Below, in pieces: positions 46,421-57,017 of a stretch of 64,000 nt of DNA (positions are counted from its first letter, which is position 1; every line of letters begins with the position of its first letter). This DNA comes from Candidatus Multivoradales bacterium. Its GTDB lineage: Bacteria; Acidobacteriota; Thermoanaerobaculia; Multivoradales; Multivoraceae. The notes beneath the pieces are model-generated. The model was not told the DNA's origin, ran no database searches, and worked only from the letters and a program-made list of their open reading frames with translations. Location: positions 32,001 through 96,000 of the forward strand of contig CBDCWI010000002.1 of assembly GCA_965223325.1 (NCBI GenBank). Direction: 5' to 3'. The translations under genes were made by a program, and so were the position numbers.

Positions 46421-49400
46421 GAACCGGCGACGATCGTGCCCAGGTTTTCACTTTCGCGGCGGGCACGGGCCGCGAGGTGGAAGAAGCCTTCCTCTGCGGC
46501 CTCCTGGGAGAGCGCGAGAAGACCCTCCCGGGCGCTCTCGGTGCGGCCGTCGAGCGCCTCGAGATGGGCGTTGAGGATTGCCAGCCGCAGGCGCTGCTCG
46601 TGAGACAGCCGCTGGCCACCTTCTTCCTGGGCAAACCGAATGGCGGTGGCCGCCAGGTCGCGGTCGCCGGTCACCAGGGCTGCCCGTGCACGAGCGAGAA
46701 CAGCCGCGACGATGGTCTCCAGGTCCTGCCGATCGCGCGCCCGCTTTTCCGCGGCGACGGCCGCCCGGGTCGCCTGCTGCGGCCGCTCCTGGTCTGCCCA
46801 GACCTCTGCCAGCCAGGCGGTTGCGAGAACCGCGGTCTTCGAAGCCACCGGACGGTCGAGATCGCCAGTGATTTCGAGCAAGAGCTGCTGGGCGCGCGCC
46901 AGGTCACCGACCTGGTGGACCGACCTGGCAAGTCCGAGAGCGGCTGCTTCGTGCTCTATGCCGAGATTGTGGGCGCGGTAGATCGTCAGCGCGCGACCAA
47001 ACGCGGCCTCTGCCTCCGCCGACTGGTCGCGGGTGAGAGCGACGAGGCCAGCTGCCAGGTGAAGGTCACCGGCTGCCGGTTCGAGTTGGAGCTCATGCAC
47101 CAGGCTGAGACCCTCTTCGATCATGCTTTGTGCTTCGTCGAGCTGTGCACGAGCGAGGGCGACCTGGGCGCCGACCGCATACACCTCGGCGGTCAGCCAC
47201 CGCAGCTCACTCTCGTGAGCGAGCGCGAGGGCATCCTGGTAGACGCCCACGGCATCCTTCCACTCGCCGCGCGCCGCGTAGGTGCGCGTCAGGCCGGAGA
47301 GACTTCTGCTGAGCGATCGGCGGTTCCCCATTTCCCGAAAGCTGCGGGCCGCGAGCTTGAAGTTCTCGACTGCCAGATCGGGCTGGCCCAAGCGCAGCTG
47401 GAGAACCGCCAGCTGATCGTTGGCAGCGGCTTCGGCGGCCGTTTGCGCGAGCGGTCGTGAGAGCGAGATCACTCGAGCAAAGGTTCGAGAAGCCTCTTTG
47501 GTGCTCCCGTTGCGCGCCTCGAGTTCGCCGGCGAGCAGGAGGCCTTCGAGCTGTAGGTCGAACCTGCTCTCTCGGCCGGCTGAGGCGGCGGTCTCTGCGG
47601 CCGTGGTCGCGGCGTTCTCGAGGCGGCCGCGCACCGCGGCGACCCGTGCTCTTTGTAGCTTCAAAGCCATGAGCTGCCAGCTGTCTCCGAGTTCTTCGAA
47701 GACTCGAGCTGCGTTCTCGAGGTGACGTTCCGCCTCGTTGGCTTCGCCGAGTCCGAGCGCGCCGCGGGCGAGCGCCAGGTCAGCCAGGGCGACGGTTGAG
47801 CTCACGCCGCGGAGAGAGGCGTCTTCTCGCGCCGTCAGTGCAGATTCCATCGCCCGATCCCAGCGATGGAGGTCGGCCTCGACCTCGAAGGCGGCGAGAG
47901 CCAGGCGAGGGTCGCAGCTCTCTTCTCCGGCGAAGTCCATGAGCGAGTGCAGAGTGGCCCTGGCCTGGTCGAGCTGGCCGGCCTCACGGAGGGCCTCGAC
48001 ATACCAGAGCGCCCACTCGATGTCATCCGGCGTTTCGCGCCAGACCTGCTCAGCGACCTCGGCCGCCTTCTGCCACCGGCCGAGAAGCCTCTGGTGCAAG
48101 TAATCGATCCGCCGCCTTTGATGGGGAGCGACGGTGCCGGCGAACTCGTGGGCGGTGCGATAGTGTTCGAGCGCTTCGGCGCGCGATCCGCGCTCTTCGA
48201 GGGCCTGGCCGAGGGCGAGGTTGATCGGCACAGAGTTTTCGTCGGCGAGGGCAGCGCGCTCGAGGGCTTCGATCGCTTGGTCGGGCTTTCGGAAGCGGGC
48301 GTGGGCGAGCGCCTCGCCGTAGGGTTCGATCGCCTCGCTCGGGAGCCATTCGAACGCCTCGCCTTTTTCGGGCACGGTCCGAGTGGCCATCTCCGGTAGC
48401 GCCTCGACGAGTCGCTGCCACAGTTGATCGACGGTGTCGCCGGCGGTTTCAGGGGAGGCTCGGACCTGGCGGCTCTCTCGGTCATAGATCGTCATCTCGA
48501 GGCGCGACGCGTCGCCGCCGCCGGAGACGAGGACAACTGAATCGGCGCCGACACCGGACGCGAGGCGCTCGAGAGTGGCGGGAAGGAGAGCATCGGCCGG
48601 ATCGGCGATCGCCGCTGCACGCAACACGCGGCCGGATTCTCTCGTGCTGACGACTCGCATGGGCCCCGCCAGTCGCCGCCGGATCTCCTCGGCCGCGACC
48701 GCGGCGAACCAGCCGTCTCGATGGTTGGAAGAGGTCAGGTCGAAGACACCAACCGTCGGCCGAGGTTGCCCGAAGTCGATCGCCAGCCTCGGCGTTTCGG
48801 TGTTCTCCGAGGACGATGGGGAAGACTTCCACAGCGTCCACCCCAGGAGGGCGAGCGCGAGAGTGAGAACGCCAGCGACGATTCTTCGCGTCCAGCCCTG
48901 TCTGGGCTGCTCTTCCTGGATCGGCAGTGGCTCTTCGTGGGCGGAGTCCGGGAACTCTGTGCCGCCGGCTTCGGGGTCGCTGTCGGTGACAAGGAAAAGA
49001 GAGTCGGCGCTCGGTTCAACAGGTTCTTCGGGCGGGGCGGCCTCGGTCGTCGGTTCGAACTCGCGGTCCGCAAGCGACTCCCGGCTGGCCAGAGCGTCAT
49101 CGTCTTCGTGGTGATCGCCTCGCGCATCGTTCGCCGGTAGGCCGCGGGCGGTGCGCGTAGGTGGTTCGGGGTCGAATCGGGCGGCGAGTTCGTCGTGTTG
49201 GGCGCGCAGTCGGTCCTCGAGCTCCACCGTCGAAAGCCTGCTCGACGGCGTCTCCTCGAGTGGCGTCGCGATGATCGGGAGGGCGACGTCGTTGCGGCTG
49301 TCGAGCGGCGCCGCCTTGAGGAGCAGGAGGGCGGCGGAGTGCTCCTCTTCCGGCGCCGTGGCCGGCGCGTCGGCTGGCGCGCTGACCGCGAGTGGCTCGG

Positions 49401-49506
49401 CGCGCCGCCGGTAGCGGGCGCCGCACCCGCTGCATAGGACAACGCCATCCGCGGAGGCCTGGCTTCCGTCGACGACGTCTTGACAGCGGCTGCAGCGAAA
49501 CTTCAT
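46417..49506 (-). CDS. Zn-ribbon / TM / TPR protein
   Basis: N-terminal CxxC..CxxC, acidic linker, TM, long TPR region. Confidence 0.75.
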   Translation of the reverse strand: MKFRCSRCQDVVDGSQASADGVVLCSGCGARYRRRAEPLAVSAPADAPATAPEEEHSAALLLLKAAPLDSRNDVALPIIATPLEETPSSRLSTVELEDRLRAQHDELAARFDPEPPTRTARGLPANDARGDHHEDDDALASRESLADREFEPTTEAAPPEEPVEPSADSLFLVTDSDPEAGGTEFPDSAHEEPLPIQEEQPRQGWTRRIVAGVLTLALALLGWTLWKSSPSSSENTETPRLAIDFGQPRPTVGVFDLTSSNHRDGWFAAVAAEEIRRRLAGPMRVVSTRESGRVLRAAAIADPADALLPATLERLASGVGADSVVLVSGGGDASRLEMTIYDRESRQVRASPETAGDTVDQLWQRLVEALPEMATRTVPEKGEAFEWLPSEAIEPYGEALAHARFRKPDQAIEALERAALADENSVPINLALGQALEERGSRAEALEHYRTAHEFAGTVAPHQRRRIDYLHQRLLGRWQKAAEVAEQVWRETPDDIEWALWYVEALREAGQLDQARATLHSLMDFAGEESCDPRLALAAFEVEADLHRWDRAMESALTAREDASLRGVSSTVALADLALARGALGLGEANEAERHLENAARVFEELGDSWQLMALKLQRARVAAVRGRLENAATTAAETAASAGRESRFDLQLEGLLLAGELEARNGSTKEASRTFARVISLSRPLAQTAAEAAANDQLAVLQLRLGQPDLAVENFKLAARSFREMGNRRSLSRSLSGLTRTYAARGEWKDAVGVYQDALALAHESELRWLTAEVYAVGAQVALARAQLDEAQSMIEEGLSLVHELQLEPAAGDLHLAAGLVALTRDQSAEAEAAFGRALTIYRAHNLGIEHEAAALGLARSVHQVGDLARAQQLLLEITGDLDRPVASKTAVLATAWLAEVWADQERPQQATRAAVAAEKRARDRQDLETIVAAVLARARAALVTGDRDLAATAIRFAQEEGGQRLSHEQRLRLAILNAHLEALDGRTESAREGLLALSQEAAEEGFFHLAARARRESENLGTIVAGS

Positions 49507-49596
49507 GGCAAGGTGACCCACGGGTGTCGCCCATGCCGATGAAGACGGCGACTGGACCCGGGGCCAGCTTACCAGATTTTCAAGATAAACGAGGAA

Positions 49597-51249
49597 TTAG
49601 CCGGTCTTGCGCGAGGGTGCCGCCAATTCAATGACTTCGAGGTCGCCGTCTGCGAAGCGGGCGCGGAGGACCTTCTTGTCGAACTTTCCGACGCTGGTCT
49701 TGGGGACTTCGCTGATGAACGCCCAGCGTTCGGGGAGCCACCACTTGGCGACCTTGTCACCGAGAAAGTCGCGCAGCGACTCGGCGCTCGCACTCGAGTC
49801 CTCGTCGAGGACCACACATGCCAGCGGTCGCTCGTCCCATCGCTCGTCGGGGACCCCGACGACGGCCGCCTCGGCAACCTCTGGATGACCGGCCAGGGTG
49901 TTTTCGAGGTCGACCGAGGAGATCCACTCGCCGCCCGACTTGATGACGTCTTTCGCGCGGTCGGTGATGGTGACGAAACCGTTGCCTTCGACCTTGCCAA
50001 CGTCGCCGGTGCGCAGCCAACCGTCGTGGAACTTCTCCTCGTCATCGACCAGGTAGTAGCTGCCGGTGACCCAGGGACCGCGAACCTCGATCTCGCCGAC
50101 CGCTTCGCCGTCCCACGGCAGTTCATCTCCCTCGTCACTGACGATACGGAGCTCGATGCCGGGCAGTACGCGACCGGTCTTCACCCGCCAGTCGAGCTCG
50201 TCAGCGTCGTCGGCTTCCTTCGGCGGCTTGGCCATGGCGCCGAGTGGGCTGGTCTCGGTCATGCCCCAGCCCTGGGTGACCGTGACGCCATGTCGATCGC
50301 GCAACGATTCGATCAAGGAGCGCGGGACCGCCGAGCCGCCACACACGATACTGCGGAGCGACGAAAGGTCGGCGCCGTCTTTGTCGGCCAGTCGCAAGAG
50401 GTCCGTCAGGACGGTCGGAACGGCACCGCTCAGGGTGGGCTTCCACAGAGCGATTGCCGCCAGGAGCGGTGCCGCCTGGAGGAAGCGGTCCGGCATGAGG
50501 AAGTCGGCCCCGGCCCACCAGCCAACGTGCGGCAGACCCCAGGCGTTGGCGTGGAACATCGGAACGATCGCCAGGATGCGGTCGTATTGATCGATGCCGA
50601 GGGCCGATCCGCTCGCACTCCCCATGGCGTGGAGCACCGAGGAGCGATGGCTGTATGCGACCCCCTTGGGGTTGCCGGTGGTGCCCGAGGTGTAGCACAT
50701 GGCGGCCGCTGCCCGCTCGTCGATCTCCGGCCAAGGGTAGTCGGTGTCGCGCCCCTCGATCAGAGCGTCGTAGTGATGGACTGCCGCCTTGCCTCCCTCG
50801 AGGGCGGCTCCTGCGGCGGGGTCACCGGTCACTACGAAGTGTTCGACAGTGGTGAACTGATCCTTGACCGCCGCTACCAGAGGCAGCAGCGAATCATCGA
50901 CGATCACAACCTTGTCTTCGGCGTGATTGACGACGTACACCAGCTGTTCGGGAAACAGGCGAATGTTGAGCGTGTGGAGAACGGCGCCCATGCACGGCGC
51001 TGCGAAGTAGGCCTCGAGGTGTTCCTGGTTGTTCCAGGCAAAGGTGCCGACGCGATCCGATTCGCCAATGCCGAGGTCGCCGAACGCGTGGGCCAACTGG
51101 CAGGCGCGGTCGGCCACCTGGGCGAAGGTACCGATCTCGGCATCGCCGTCGGCCATGGTGATGACCTGGCTATCGCCGTGTACTCGCCGACCATGCCGAA
51201 AGATCATGTTGATCGTGAGAGGGAAGTCCATCATGGTGCTTTCGAGCAT
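49597..51249 (-). CDS. Long-chain fatty acid--CoA ligase (AlkK/DmdB-like)
   Basis: '[11 protein letters not shown]', 'PMFHANAWG', 'WGMTET', 'WLRTGD', '[16 protein letters not shown]', 'PKTSVGK'. Confidence 0.93.
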   Translation of the reverse strand: MLESTMMDFPLTINMIFRHGRRVHGDSQVITMADGDAEIGTFAQVADRACQLAHAFGDLGIGESDRVGTFAWNNQEHLEAYFAAPCMGAVLHTLNIRLFPEQLVYVVNHAEDKVVIVDDSLLPLVAAVKDQFTTVEHFVVTGDPAAGAALEGGKAAVHHYDALIEGRDTDYPWPEIDERAAAAMCYTSGTTGNPKGVAYSHRSSVLHAMGSASGSALGIDQYDRILAIVPMFHANAWGLPHVGWWAGADFLMPDRFLQAAPLLAAIALWKPTLSGAVPTVLTDLLRLADKDGADLSSLRSIVCGGSAVPRSLIESLRDRHGVTVTQGWGMTETSPLGAMAKPPKEADDADELDWRVKTGRVLPGIELRIVSDEGDELPWDGEAVGEIEVRGPWVTGSYYLVDDEEKFHDGWLRTGDVGKVEGNGFVTITDRAKDVIKSGGEWISSVDLENTLAGHPEVAEAAVVGVPDERWDERPLACVVLDEDSSASAESLRDFLGDKVAKWWLPERWAFISEVPKTSVGKFDKKVLRARFADGDLEVIELAAPSRKTG

Positions 51250-51369
51250 CGGAATCTCCAGAGTGTTGACGCCACCTCAATCGAGGTGGGGCCCACGGTC
51301 AAACAGAATGCGTCTTCGACGCGGGCTCCTCATGGGAGACTGCGCGTCGTCGGGCTGGTGGGGAAGTTT

Positions 51370-51535
51370 CTAGTACCCCGTACCATTGAAACGGATAGTG
51401 GCTGGTGGATGATCGTGCTCGAGATCAAGGCGTCACGACGCAGGCATATTGGTGATCTGTCGAGGAGTGATAACACAGAGATCGAGCGCGAGGACCGCGC
51501 AGACGCTGTGCGTTTCAATGGTACGGGGTTACTAG
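51370..51535. mobile_element. MITE copy 2
   Basis: CTAGTACCCCGTACCATTGAAACG ... CGTTTCAATGGTACGGGGT(T)ACTAG; internally similar to 32762-32927. Confidence 0.85.
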
Positions 51536-51616
51536 TATAGGGCCACTGGCGGAAGGACCCAAAGGGCGGAGAGCCTCCCGCCTTTGCTGCTCGAGGCCCC
51601 CCGCGCCGAGCGTGCG

Positions 51617-53422
51617 ATGAAGGATCACACGATGGATTCCACAGCGTCAGCAGGCAGTCCGGTCAGTCCGGTCGATCCGATTGATGCGGAGCTGTTTCGA
51701 AACCGCTTCTCGAACCTCGCGCGCGAGATGGGCGAGGTTCTCTCGCGGACCGCGCTCTCGGTCAATGTCAAAGAGCGCCTGGACTTCTCGTGCGCCTTGC
51801 TCGACGCGCGCGGGCGGCTGGTCGTCAACGCGCCGCACATTCCGGTTCATCTCGGCGCGCTGGGTCTGTGCACCCGCACCGTAGCGGCAGCCGTGACGAT
51901 GAATCCTGGCGACACCGTGGTCACCAACCATCCCCAGTATGGCGGTTCGCACCTGCCCGACGTGACCCTGATCACGCCGGTCTTCCACGGTCCCCCAGAG
52001 AGCCAAGAGCTCCTCGGTTACGTCGCCAACCGCGCTCACCACGCGGAGATCGGCGGCTGCCGACCCGGTTCGATGCCCCCCTTTGCCGAGAACCTGGCCG
52101 ACGAGGGTGTCGTCATCTCGCCGATCAAGCTCCTGGCGGGTGGCGTGCCGGCCTGGGAAGTACTCGAGCGCACATTGACCAGCGGCCCCTGGCCATCGCG
52201 GGCTCCCGACCTCAACCTGGCGGACCTGCGCGCCGGCCTCGCCGCCAACGAACGCGGCGTGCGCGCCCTCCTCGAACTCGCCGACACGCACGGCAAGACC
52301 CTGGTCACCGAGCACATGCAGGCCCTGCAACAGCACGCCGCCTCCCGTGCCCGTGCGGCTCTCGGCGAGCTCCCCTCCGGGGTGTACCGTGCCCGCGACT
52401 CCTTCGACGACGGGACACCCATCGAGGTTGCCATCCACGTCACCCATCCCGAGAAGGGCGAAGGCAGGGCCGTCATCGACTTTGCAGGCACCGGTCCCAC
52501 ACACCCCAAGAGCCTCAACGCGCCGCGTGCGGTGACCCAGAGCGCCGTTCTCTACGTTCTGCGGCTGATGGTCAAAGAGGCGTTGCCCCTCAACGAAGGC
52601 CTGCTCGAGCCAGTGGAGATCAAGGTCCCGCCCGCCACCTGCCTGTCGCCCACCTTCGACGACGATCCAACCCAATGCCCGGCCGTCGTCGGCGGCAACG
52701 TCGAAGTCAGCCAGCGAGTCGTCGAAGTCATGCTGCGCGCGCTTGGCCTCGCCGCCGCCAGCCAAGGCACGATGAACAACACCCTGTTCGGCAACCAGAG
52801 CTTCGGCTACTACGAAACCATCGGCGGCGGAAGCGGCGCCACCTCCGAGGGTTCAGGCGGATCCGCCTTCCACGTCCACATGACCAACACCAGAATCACC
52901 GACCCTGAAGTCCTCGAACACCGCTACCCGGTGCGCCTCGAGCGCTTTGCAATCCGTCAGAACTCGGGCGGCGTTGGCCAGCACCGAGGCGGCAACGGCC
53001 TCACCCGTCACATCCGCTTCCTCGAACCAGTAGAAGTCTCCATCCTCAGCCAACAGAGAGGCCAAGGCCCAAAGGGCATCGAAGGCGGTGGCCCCGGCGC
53101 CCCCGGTCGCCAGGAACTGAGAAGAGCGAGCGGGGGGAAGGAGCCGCTAGAAGCCCTGGCCGCAGTCGAGGCCAATGCGAACGACGTCCTGGTGATCGAA
53201 ACCCCAGGCGGCGGCGGCTGGGGAGAAACCAGCCAATCCGTGGGCGCGCGCAGCGATGCCCATCCGGGCCGCCAGCACATCAATACTGATCAAAGTCGCG
53301 CGCCAAGCGACCCGCGGTCCACAGGCACAGGTGCAGGGCGGTCGCCGTGGCCGTCGACATGCGCCTTGGATCGCTTGCGACTTGCCCCCTTGGGGGGTAC
53401 CAGGGGGGAGAATGCTTTTTGA
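51617..53422 (+). CDS. 5-oxoprolinase / hydantoinase B (C-terminal half)
   Basis: '[13 protein letters not shown]', 'APHIPVHLG', 'GGSHLPD', 'QGTMNN', '[11 protein letters not shown]', 'TPGGGGWG'; ~65-aa low-similarity tail. Confidence 0.9.
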   Translation: MKDHTMDSTASAGSPVSPVDPIDAELFRNRFSNLAREMGEVLSRTALSVNVKERLDFSCALLDARGRLVVNAPHIPVHLGALGLCTRTVAAAVTMNPGDTVVTNHPQYGGSHLPDVTLITPVFHGPPESQELLGYVANRAHHAEIGGCRPGSMPPFAENLADEGVVISPIKLLAGGVPAWEVLERTLTSGPWPSRAPDLNLADLRAGLAANERGVRALLELADTHGKTLVTEHMQALQQHAASRARAALGELPSGVYRARDSFDDGTPIEVAIHVTHPEKGEGRAVIDFAGTGPTHPKSLNAPRAVTQSAVLYVLRLMVKEALPLNEGLLEPVEIKVPPATCLSPTFDDDPTQCPAVVGGNVEVSQRVVEVMLRALGLAAASQGTMNNTLFGNQSFGYYETIGGGSGATSEGSGGSAFHVHMTNTRITDPEVLEHRYPVRLERFAIRQNSGGVGQHRGGNGLTRHIRFLEPVEVSILSQQRGQGPKGIEGGGPGAPGRQELRRASGGKEPLEALAAVEANANDVLVIETPGGGGWGETSQSVGARSDAHPGRQHINTDQSRAPSDPRSTGTGAGRSPWPSTCALDRLRLAPLGGTRGENAF

Positions 53423-53518
53423 GGAGCCGTGGTAACGAGGAGCCGCTAACCGGTACCCGTCCTGTAACCACACAGGATCACACGAGAGCGCGCACCATCG
53501 GCGACCAACCACGGCTCC

Positions 53519-54844
53519 TCAAAAAATCCGATGGAAGCCACCACTCCGGTTCGAAAAGCGTGAGTTCACGATGTTGTTGTAGATCGACCCGAAGGTGTAG
53601 CTCAGCCCGATCCCGAGCCGCAGTCTCGTATCCGTCGCTAGCGCCCGCTGTTCGAGCAGCACTTCTTCGTCGGTGGCACCGCCGGCGGGCAAGAAGATCT
53701 GATCGCGCGTCAACGTTGCGCTACCTGTCAGATTGACCGAAAATCCGCGAACGATCCGCCATTCCAGGCGGCCTGCCAGCTCGACGCGATTGAGATCGAA
53801 ATCGTCGAGGTAGTGGGAGGCCTTGAGGTCGATGCTGCTTTCGCCCCAGGGTTGTTCGACATCGAACGCTACGAAGAGGCCCTGGTCGGGCCTGGTCTCG
53901 CTGAGCTCGCCGAAGATGGTCCGCTCTTCGTACTCGAAGCGGGTACCTCCTAGGAAGTAGGCGAACGTCAGCTCTCGTTCTGATGACTGGGAGTAGGGGA
54001 AGACGTTGTACTCAATCGCTGCGGCGAGGCGGTATGACGGATCGAGGTTCAAGAAGGTCGAGCGGCGGGCGGTGACGCCCAGTCCGACCCCCCAGTGCTC
54101 GCCCACCGAGCGGATCAGTCGGCCACCGAAGTCGCTGCCGCGACTGATCGTCCGCAAAGTGTCACCGTCATCGAACTCGAAGTTGGTCTCGCTGTAGGAA
54201 CTGCTGACGCTGAAGCCCATGCGCCAGAGGTCGGTGGTGCGGCTAGCGCTCACCCAGCCGGAATAGGAGCTCGCGTCACGCCTGTCCTCGTCGCGCAGCG
54301 AGGCGCGCCCGTTGATCCGGAAGACCCAAAAGTTCCACGGGTCGTCTGCCGGTTGGGCGGCGGCGAATTCACCGGCGGGAGCGCGATAGCTGATGCGCAG
54401 GTCGGCCGCCAGGGGCGTCTCGAGAAGGTATCGCACCAGGCCGAGCTGTAGAACTCGCGAAAAGCCGCGGCGCTGCTCGTCGTCTGTATCGGTCGAGCTG
54501 ACGTTGTAGAGGAGCACCTGATCTTCGCCCGCGAAAGCTCCGAGACCATGGAAGTTGAGCGTGTACTCGAGACCGGCGCCGGTTCTCTGATTGGTGACCA
54601 GAACGTGAACCTCGGCGTCGGATTTGTCGCGCACGTAGTTGACGTAGACGACGTCGCGACGCAAGAAGTTGAAGTCGCAGCCGCGATCGCAGTCGAGGAA
54701 GACGCGCAGAGCGTCGGTGCTTTCGGCGTCCCGTACGGCGGTTCGTGACCCGCCGTGGGGAGCTGCTCCGAGGCTGGCTGCGGCCACCAGGCCGGCGGTC
54801 AGGAAAGCCAGGCAGCGGAGTGGTTTGGTCAAGGTGAGGTTCAC
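53519..54844 (-). CDS. Putative outer-membrane beta-barrel protein
   Basis: Signal peptide, 'VFLDC..CDF', 'DPWNFWVF', amphipathic strands, 'YTFGSIYNNIVNSRF'. Confidence 0.65.
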   Translation of the reverse strand: MNLTLTKPLRCLAFLTAGLVAAASLGAAPHGGSRTAVRDAESTDALRVFLDCDRGCDFNFLRRDVVYVNYVRDKSDAEVHVLVTNQRTGAGLEYTLNFHGLGAFAGEDQVLLYNVSSTDTDDEQRRGFSRVLQLGLVRYLLETPLAADLRISYRAPAGEFAAAQPADDPWNFWVFRINGRASLRDEDRRDASSYSGWVSASRTTDLWRMGFSVSSSYSETNFEFDDGDTLRTISRGSDFGGRLIRSVGEHWGVGLGVTARRSTFLNLDPSYRLAAAIEYNVFPYSQSSERELTFAYFLGGTRFEYEERTIFGELSETRPDQGLFVAFDVEQPWGESSIDLKASHYLDDFDLNRVELAGRLEWRIVRGFSVNLTGSATLTRDQIFLPAGGATDEEVLLEQRALATDTRLRLGIGLSYTFGSIYNNIVNSRFSNRSGGFHRIF

Positions 54845-54966
54845 GGTTCGATCGTTGGGCCATGGTCGAGGCGTTGCATTCGGCGGCCTAGTGTAGAGGC
54901 AAATGGCGCGCCCCGGCACCGATCATCTGCAGGCGAGGCGCAACCTGCGAACAGGGGGCCGGGTGC

Positions 54967-55458
54967 TCAGCTCTTGCCGGTGACGGCAAAACGGCGCCGC
55001 CACTCCCAGAGCGCGATGCCGACTGCGGTCGAGAGGTTGAGCGACCGCACCGAATCGGCCTCCATGGGGATCTTGACCAGGCGTGTGCGATAGGCCTCTT
55101 TGATCTCGCGGGGGAGGCCGCTGGTCTCGGCGCCGAAGAGTAGAGCAGTGCCAGCGCTACTCTCGGGCTGGGGGTGAGAGTCGCCTTCCCAGAGCGACCG
55201 GGTTGCGTCGGAAGAGAAGAACCACGCCTCGCCGAGCCGCGGGAGCTGCTTCTCGAACTCCGACCACGCCTCCCAGACCTCAACCTCGACCCGGGGCCAA
55301 TAGTCGAGCCCGGCGCGTCGCACGCGGGCCTCGTCGAGGGAGAAGCCGAGTGGGGCGACGAGATGCAGGGTGGCGCCCGCCGCCAGGCAGGTCCGGCCCA
55401 CCGCGCCAGTGTTCCAGGGGATCTCGGGCTCCACCAGTACAACATGGAGGGCGCTCAT
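54967..55458 (-). CDS. trmL: tRNA (cytidine(34)-2'-O)-methyltransferase
   Basis: 'VLVEPEIPWNTG', 'RRAGLDYW', 'FGAETSGLP', 'RSLNLS'. Confidence 0.93.
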   Translation of the reverse strand: MSALHVVLVEPEIPWNTGAVGRTCLAAGATLHLVAPLGFSLDEARVRRAGLDYWPRVEVEVWEAWSEFEKQLPRLGEAWFFSSDATRSLWEGDSHPQPESSAGTALLFGAETSGLPREIKEAYRTRLVKIPMEADSVRSLNLSTAVGIALWEWRRRFAVTGKS

Positions 55459-55492
55459 CGGTGGACTGCCTGCAGAGTGATGGGTCGATTCC

Positions 55493-56818
55493 TCATGGTT
55501 CCTTCCTTGCGACCTCGACCAACGGCAAAGTCGTTCGCGCACAGAGCGCCAGGGTGAGAACGCGCGCCGCCATCAGGGCGACGAGCGCCCACCACAGGAG
55601 CTCGGGTCGTTCGAGCACCACGGCCGCCCAGGCAGGCGGCAGAAAGCAGACTAACGAGAACAACATTGAGTTGCGCAGCACCCTGCCACTGGTGAGCCCG
55701 AGGAAGAACCCATCGAGCACGTAAGCGATCGCGCCGAGGAAGAGGGTTGGAACCAGGAAAACCGACCACCTGCGGGCCAGGGTAGTGACCTCGGCATGCG
55801 AGGTGAGAAGGCCGAGTACGGCTCCGGGTGCGGCGACGACCGGCAAGAGGGCGATTGCGGCCATGACCAGGCCGGCGATCAAGGCGAGACGCAGCAGGCT
55901 CCGCAACATCTGCCCGTCGCGCTTTCCCCAGGCGATCCCAGCGAGCGATTCGGTGGCAAAGGCGCCCCCGTCGATGGCGAAGGCGGCGAGCTCAACGAGG
56001 CGCAGGAGAATGCTGTTGGCGGCCAGGACGGTAGTTCCGAGCAGGGCTGAGAAGTTCGTGAAGCAGGCGAAGGCGGTGATCAAGCCGACCGTGCGCACAA
56101 ACAGGTCACGGTTGAGTTTCATGAGACCCAACAGCGAGTTACGTTCGAGCACCTGGGAAGGGATCCACTCGAGTTCGGCGAGCATTCGCCGGGCCAGCCA
56201 CAGGGCGACGGCGAGCGCTACGTACTGTCCGGCCATCGAGGCCAGACCGGCGCCGCGCGCCGCCCACCCGAGGTGGTAGATGAACAGGAAGTTGAAGGCG
56301 ACGTTCGAGACGTTCGCCACCGCGGTCACCACCAGCGCCCGGCCACTCTGTTCGCGTCCCAGGAACCAGCCGAGCAGGACCATGTTGGCAAGCGCCGCCG
56401 GTGCGCCCAGGATGCGGGCGTTGAAGTAGGAGAGGCCGGCTGCCTCGACTTCAGCGGTGCCGGCGAGAGCAGCGAAGCCGAGAGCGCCGAGCGGCCGGTG
56501 GAAGACCACGAAGAGCGCCGCTGCGCCCGCCGCCAGGACCAGACCGCGCTGCAAAGACAGGCCGATCGCCCGGCGGTCGCGGCGACCGACTGCCTGCGCC
56601 GTCGTGCCGGTAGTTGCCATGCGCAGGAACCCGACGCCCCAGTAGAGGTAGTCGAAGAGCACCGTGGCCAGGGCGACGCCTGCCAGGAAGCGCACGTCGG
56701 GGAGATGCCCGAGCATCGCGGTGTCGACCAGGCCGACCATCGGGACGGTGATGTTCGAAGCGGTGTTGATCGCCGTCAGGCGCCAGAAGCGCGCCGCCAG
56801 GCTCTTGTCGGTCGCCAT
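55493..56818 (-). CDS. dinF: MATE family efflux transporter (DinF-like)
   Basis: 'NITVPMVGLVDTAMLGHL', 'GFLRMATTG..AQA', 'AYVLDGFFLG'. Confidence 0.88.
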   Translation of the reverse strand: MATDKSLAARFWRLTAINTASNITVPMVGLVDTAMLGHLPDVRFLAGVALATVLFDYLYWGVGFLRMATTGTTAQAVGRRDRRAIGLSLQRGLVLAAGAAALFVVFHRPLGALGFAALAGTAEVEAAGLSYFNARILGAPAALANMVLLGWFLGREQSGRALVVTAVANVSNVAFNFLFIYHLGWAARGAGLASMAGQYVALAVALWLARRMLAELEWIPSQVLERNSLLGLMKLNRDLFVRTVGLITAFACFTNFSALLGTTVLAANSILLRLVELAAFAIDGGAFATESLAGIAWGKRDGQMLRSLLRLALIAGLVMAAIALLPVVAAPGAVLGLLTSHAEVTTLARRWSVFLVPTLFLGAIAYVLDGFFLGLTSGRVLRNSMLFSLVCFLPPAWAAVVLERPELLWWALVALMAARVLTLALCARTTLPLVEVARKEP

Positions 56819-57017
56819 CTCGTTTCTCGGGGCACTTCTCGTGGCCCTCTCGGAGGGCACCTCAGAGAATCGGGGTGCGGGCTCTCGAAAGAGACCGTGG
56901 CAGCGGCCGGCTCAGAGGCCTGCTGTACGATCCCGGCTGACTCTCGAAAATACCTGAAGAAGCGGGCTGTGCCTCTCGCCTTCGGGGAGCCCTGGCCACT
57001 CCCTGGAGGTGGAGTTC

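Noticed and set aside
49885-51540. 551-aa + strand ORF and similar long antisense ORFs (4340..5377, 19134..20330, 30291..31370, 40582..41757, 59588..60658)
   Set aside because: Shadow frames opposite well-supported genes in high-GC DNA; no motifs.
53225-53422. Extra functional domain at the end of hydantoinase B
   Set aside because: Low-complexity tail after the conserved GGGGWG end; most likely stop-codon drift.
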